This document shows, one piece after another, positions 63,118 to 64,000 of a stretch of DNA of 64,000 nt. Every line of letters begins with the position of its first letter. Position 1 is the stretch's first letter. Source of the DNA: Mobula hypostoma (taxonomy: Eukaryota); NCBI RefSeq assembly GCF_963921235.1, contig NC_086109.1, positions 13,828,001-13,892,000 of the forward strand, in the 5' to 3' direction. The notes beneath the pieces are model-generated. The model saw nothing but the letters and a program-made list of their open reading frames with translations. It searched no databases and was not told where the DNA came from. Made by a program: the position numbers and the translations under genes.

Positions 63118-63648
63118 ATCATCATCATCATCATCAGGTGCCGTGCCCAGTTTGAGCTTTGACTGCCATGGCCCACACACTCCTGTTTCGGGTCAAGTGG
63201 ATCAATTCATTGGTATTCATTTCCAGTTCTCTGGCTGCTATCTCCATCATCATTTGTCTTTGTCTTCCTCTTGCTTTCTTCCCTTCAATCTTTCCCATAA
63301 TTATCATGCATTCTAACTCCTCTTTCCTAATCACATGTCCAATGAAGTTACATTGCCTTTTCATGATCTCATACATCATTCCTCTTTTAGTGTTTGCTTT
63401 GTTCATGACATCTTCATTAGATATTCGTTTTGTCCATGATATTCTTTGCATCTTCTTCAAAAATCACATCTCTGCTGCTACAATTCGTTTCCTCATTTTA
63501 CTAGATTTTGTCCAACATTCTGAGCCATATAACATAACTGGATAAACGTAACATTTCAGTACTCTGAGGCGGGTTGTCATGCCTAGTTTCGTATTGGTCA
63601 GTATACTCTTCATTCTCGTAAAGGTATCTTTTGCCATCCCTATTCCTA
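63118..63648 (-). mobile_element. RTE-clade LINE 3' end
   Basis: RISWT.RISNE.V...FIGHVIR.E.LE..I..GKIEGKKARGRQR; (ATG)n tail. Confidence 0.85.
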
Positions 63649-63649
63649 A

Positions 63650-64000
63650 AAGGAGGGGAGGAGAAGATGGCGGTGCGATGCAACGTGTGCGGCCACTCTG
63701 AAATGATATCAGTATTTGTTAAGTAGGTACCGTGCACAATCCTGATTTGATGGAGATAGACGTGAGAAGCACGGTGGAACATCTGGAGAAACTTCTGAAA
63801 TGCCCGCTTCACTGCAGCTGCTACTGTGCGATCGAGAATCTTCGGAGGGGAAGGCCCCAAATCCTTGGCTTTGCCTATTGCCTGGTGCCGGGACCGGGGT
63901 CGAAGTGCTCGGCAGAGATGGTGCTCGGTGCTTGGTATCGGAGGGTAGGTCGGAGGCTCGAAGTTTTCGGACGGACTCAAGAGTCAGCTGTGGTTGGGTG
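63650..64000 (+). mobile_element. 5' part of the AAGATGGCG-headed retroposon (family of 13373-14068)
   Basis: Direct reverse-complement similarity to 13730-14068. Confidence 0.7.

Noticed and set aside
1..64000. CRISPR arrays, operons or other prokaryotic systems
   Set aside because: No regularly spaced repeat-spacer arrays or gene-dense ORFs; the content is vertebrate transposon-derived

Overview
Eukaryotic, repeat-saturated intronic or intergenic DNA. It is most likely from a cartilaginous fish, probably a ray (inferred from HE1/V-SINE-like and Deu/SacSINE-like SINEs plus abundant CR1, Rex1/Babar, RTE and Penelope families). I could not identify a complete host gene, RNA gene or CRISPR array. 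The window is a nested mosaic of: decayed CR1 LINEs (one with a 442-aa RT ORF); Rex1/Babar and RTE fragments; several short non-autonomous RTE-derived elements with target-site duplications (TSDs); tRNA-derived SINEs; Penelope-like elements; a Buster/Charlie-type hAT fossil; Tc1, Tigger and hAT MITEs; and a possible solo LTR. The most interesting signals are RNA structures carried by retroelements: minimal dimer-type hammerhead ribozyme motifs in Penelope ends (three with intact cores), an HDV-like ribozyme fold at the 5' end of a non-autonomous RTE-like element (18084-18266, minus), and a covarying 5'-terminal structure in Expander/BovB-like RTE heads. Also notable are a Penelope fragment resembling flatworm elements, a locally duplicated 56-nt exon-like block, and a dense transcription-factor motif cluster. 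Family assignments come from pattern recognition without database searches, and coordinates of decayed repeats are approximate.
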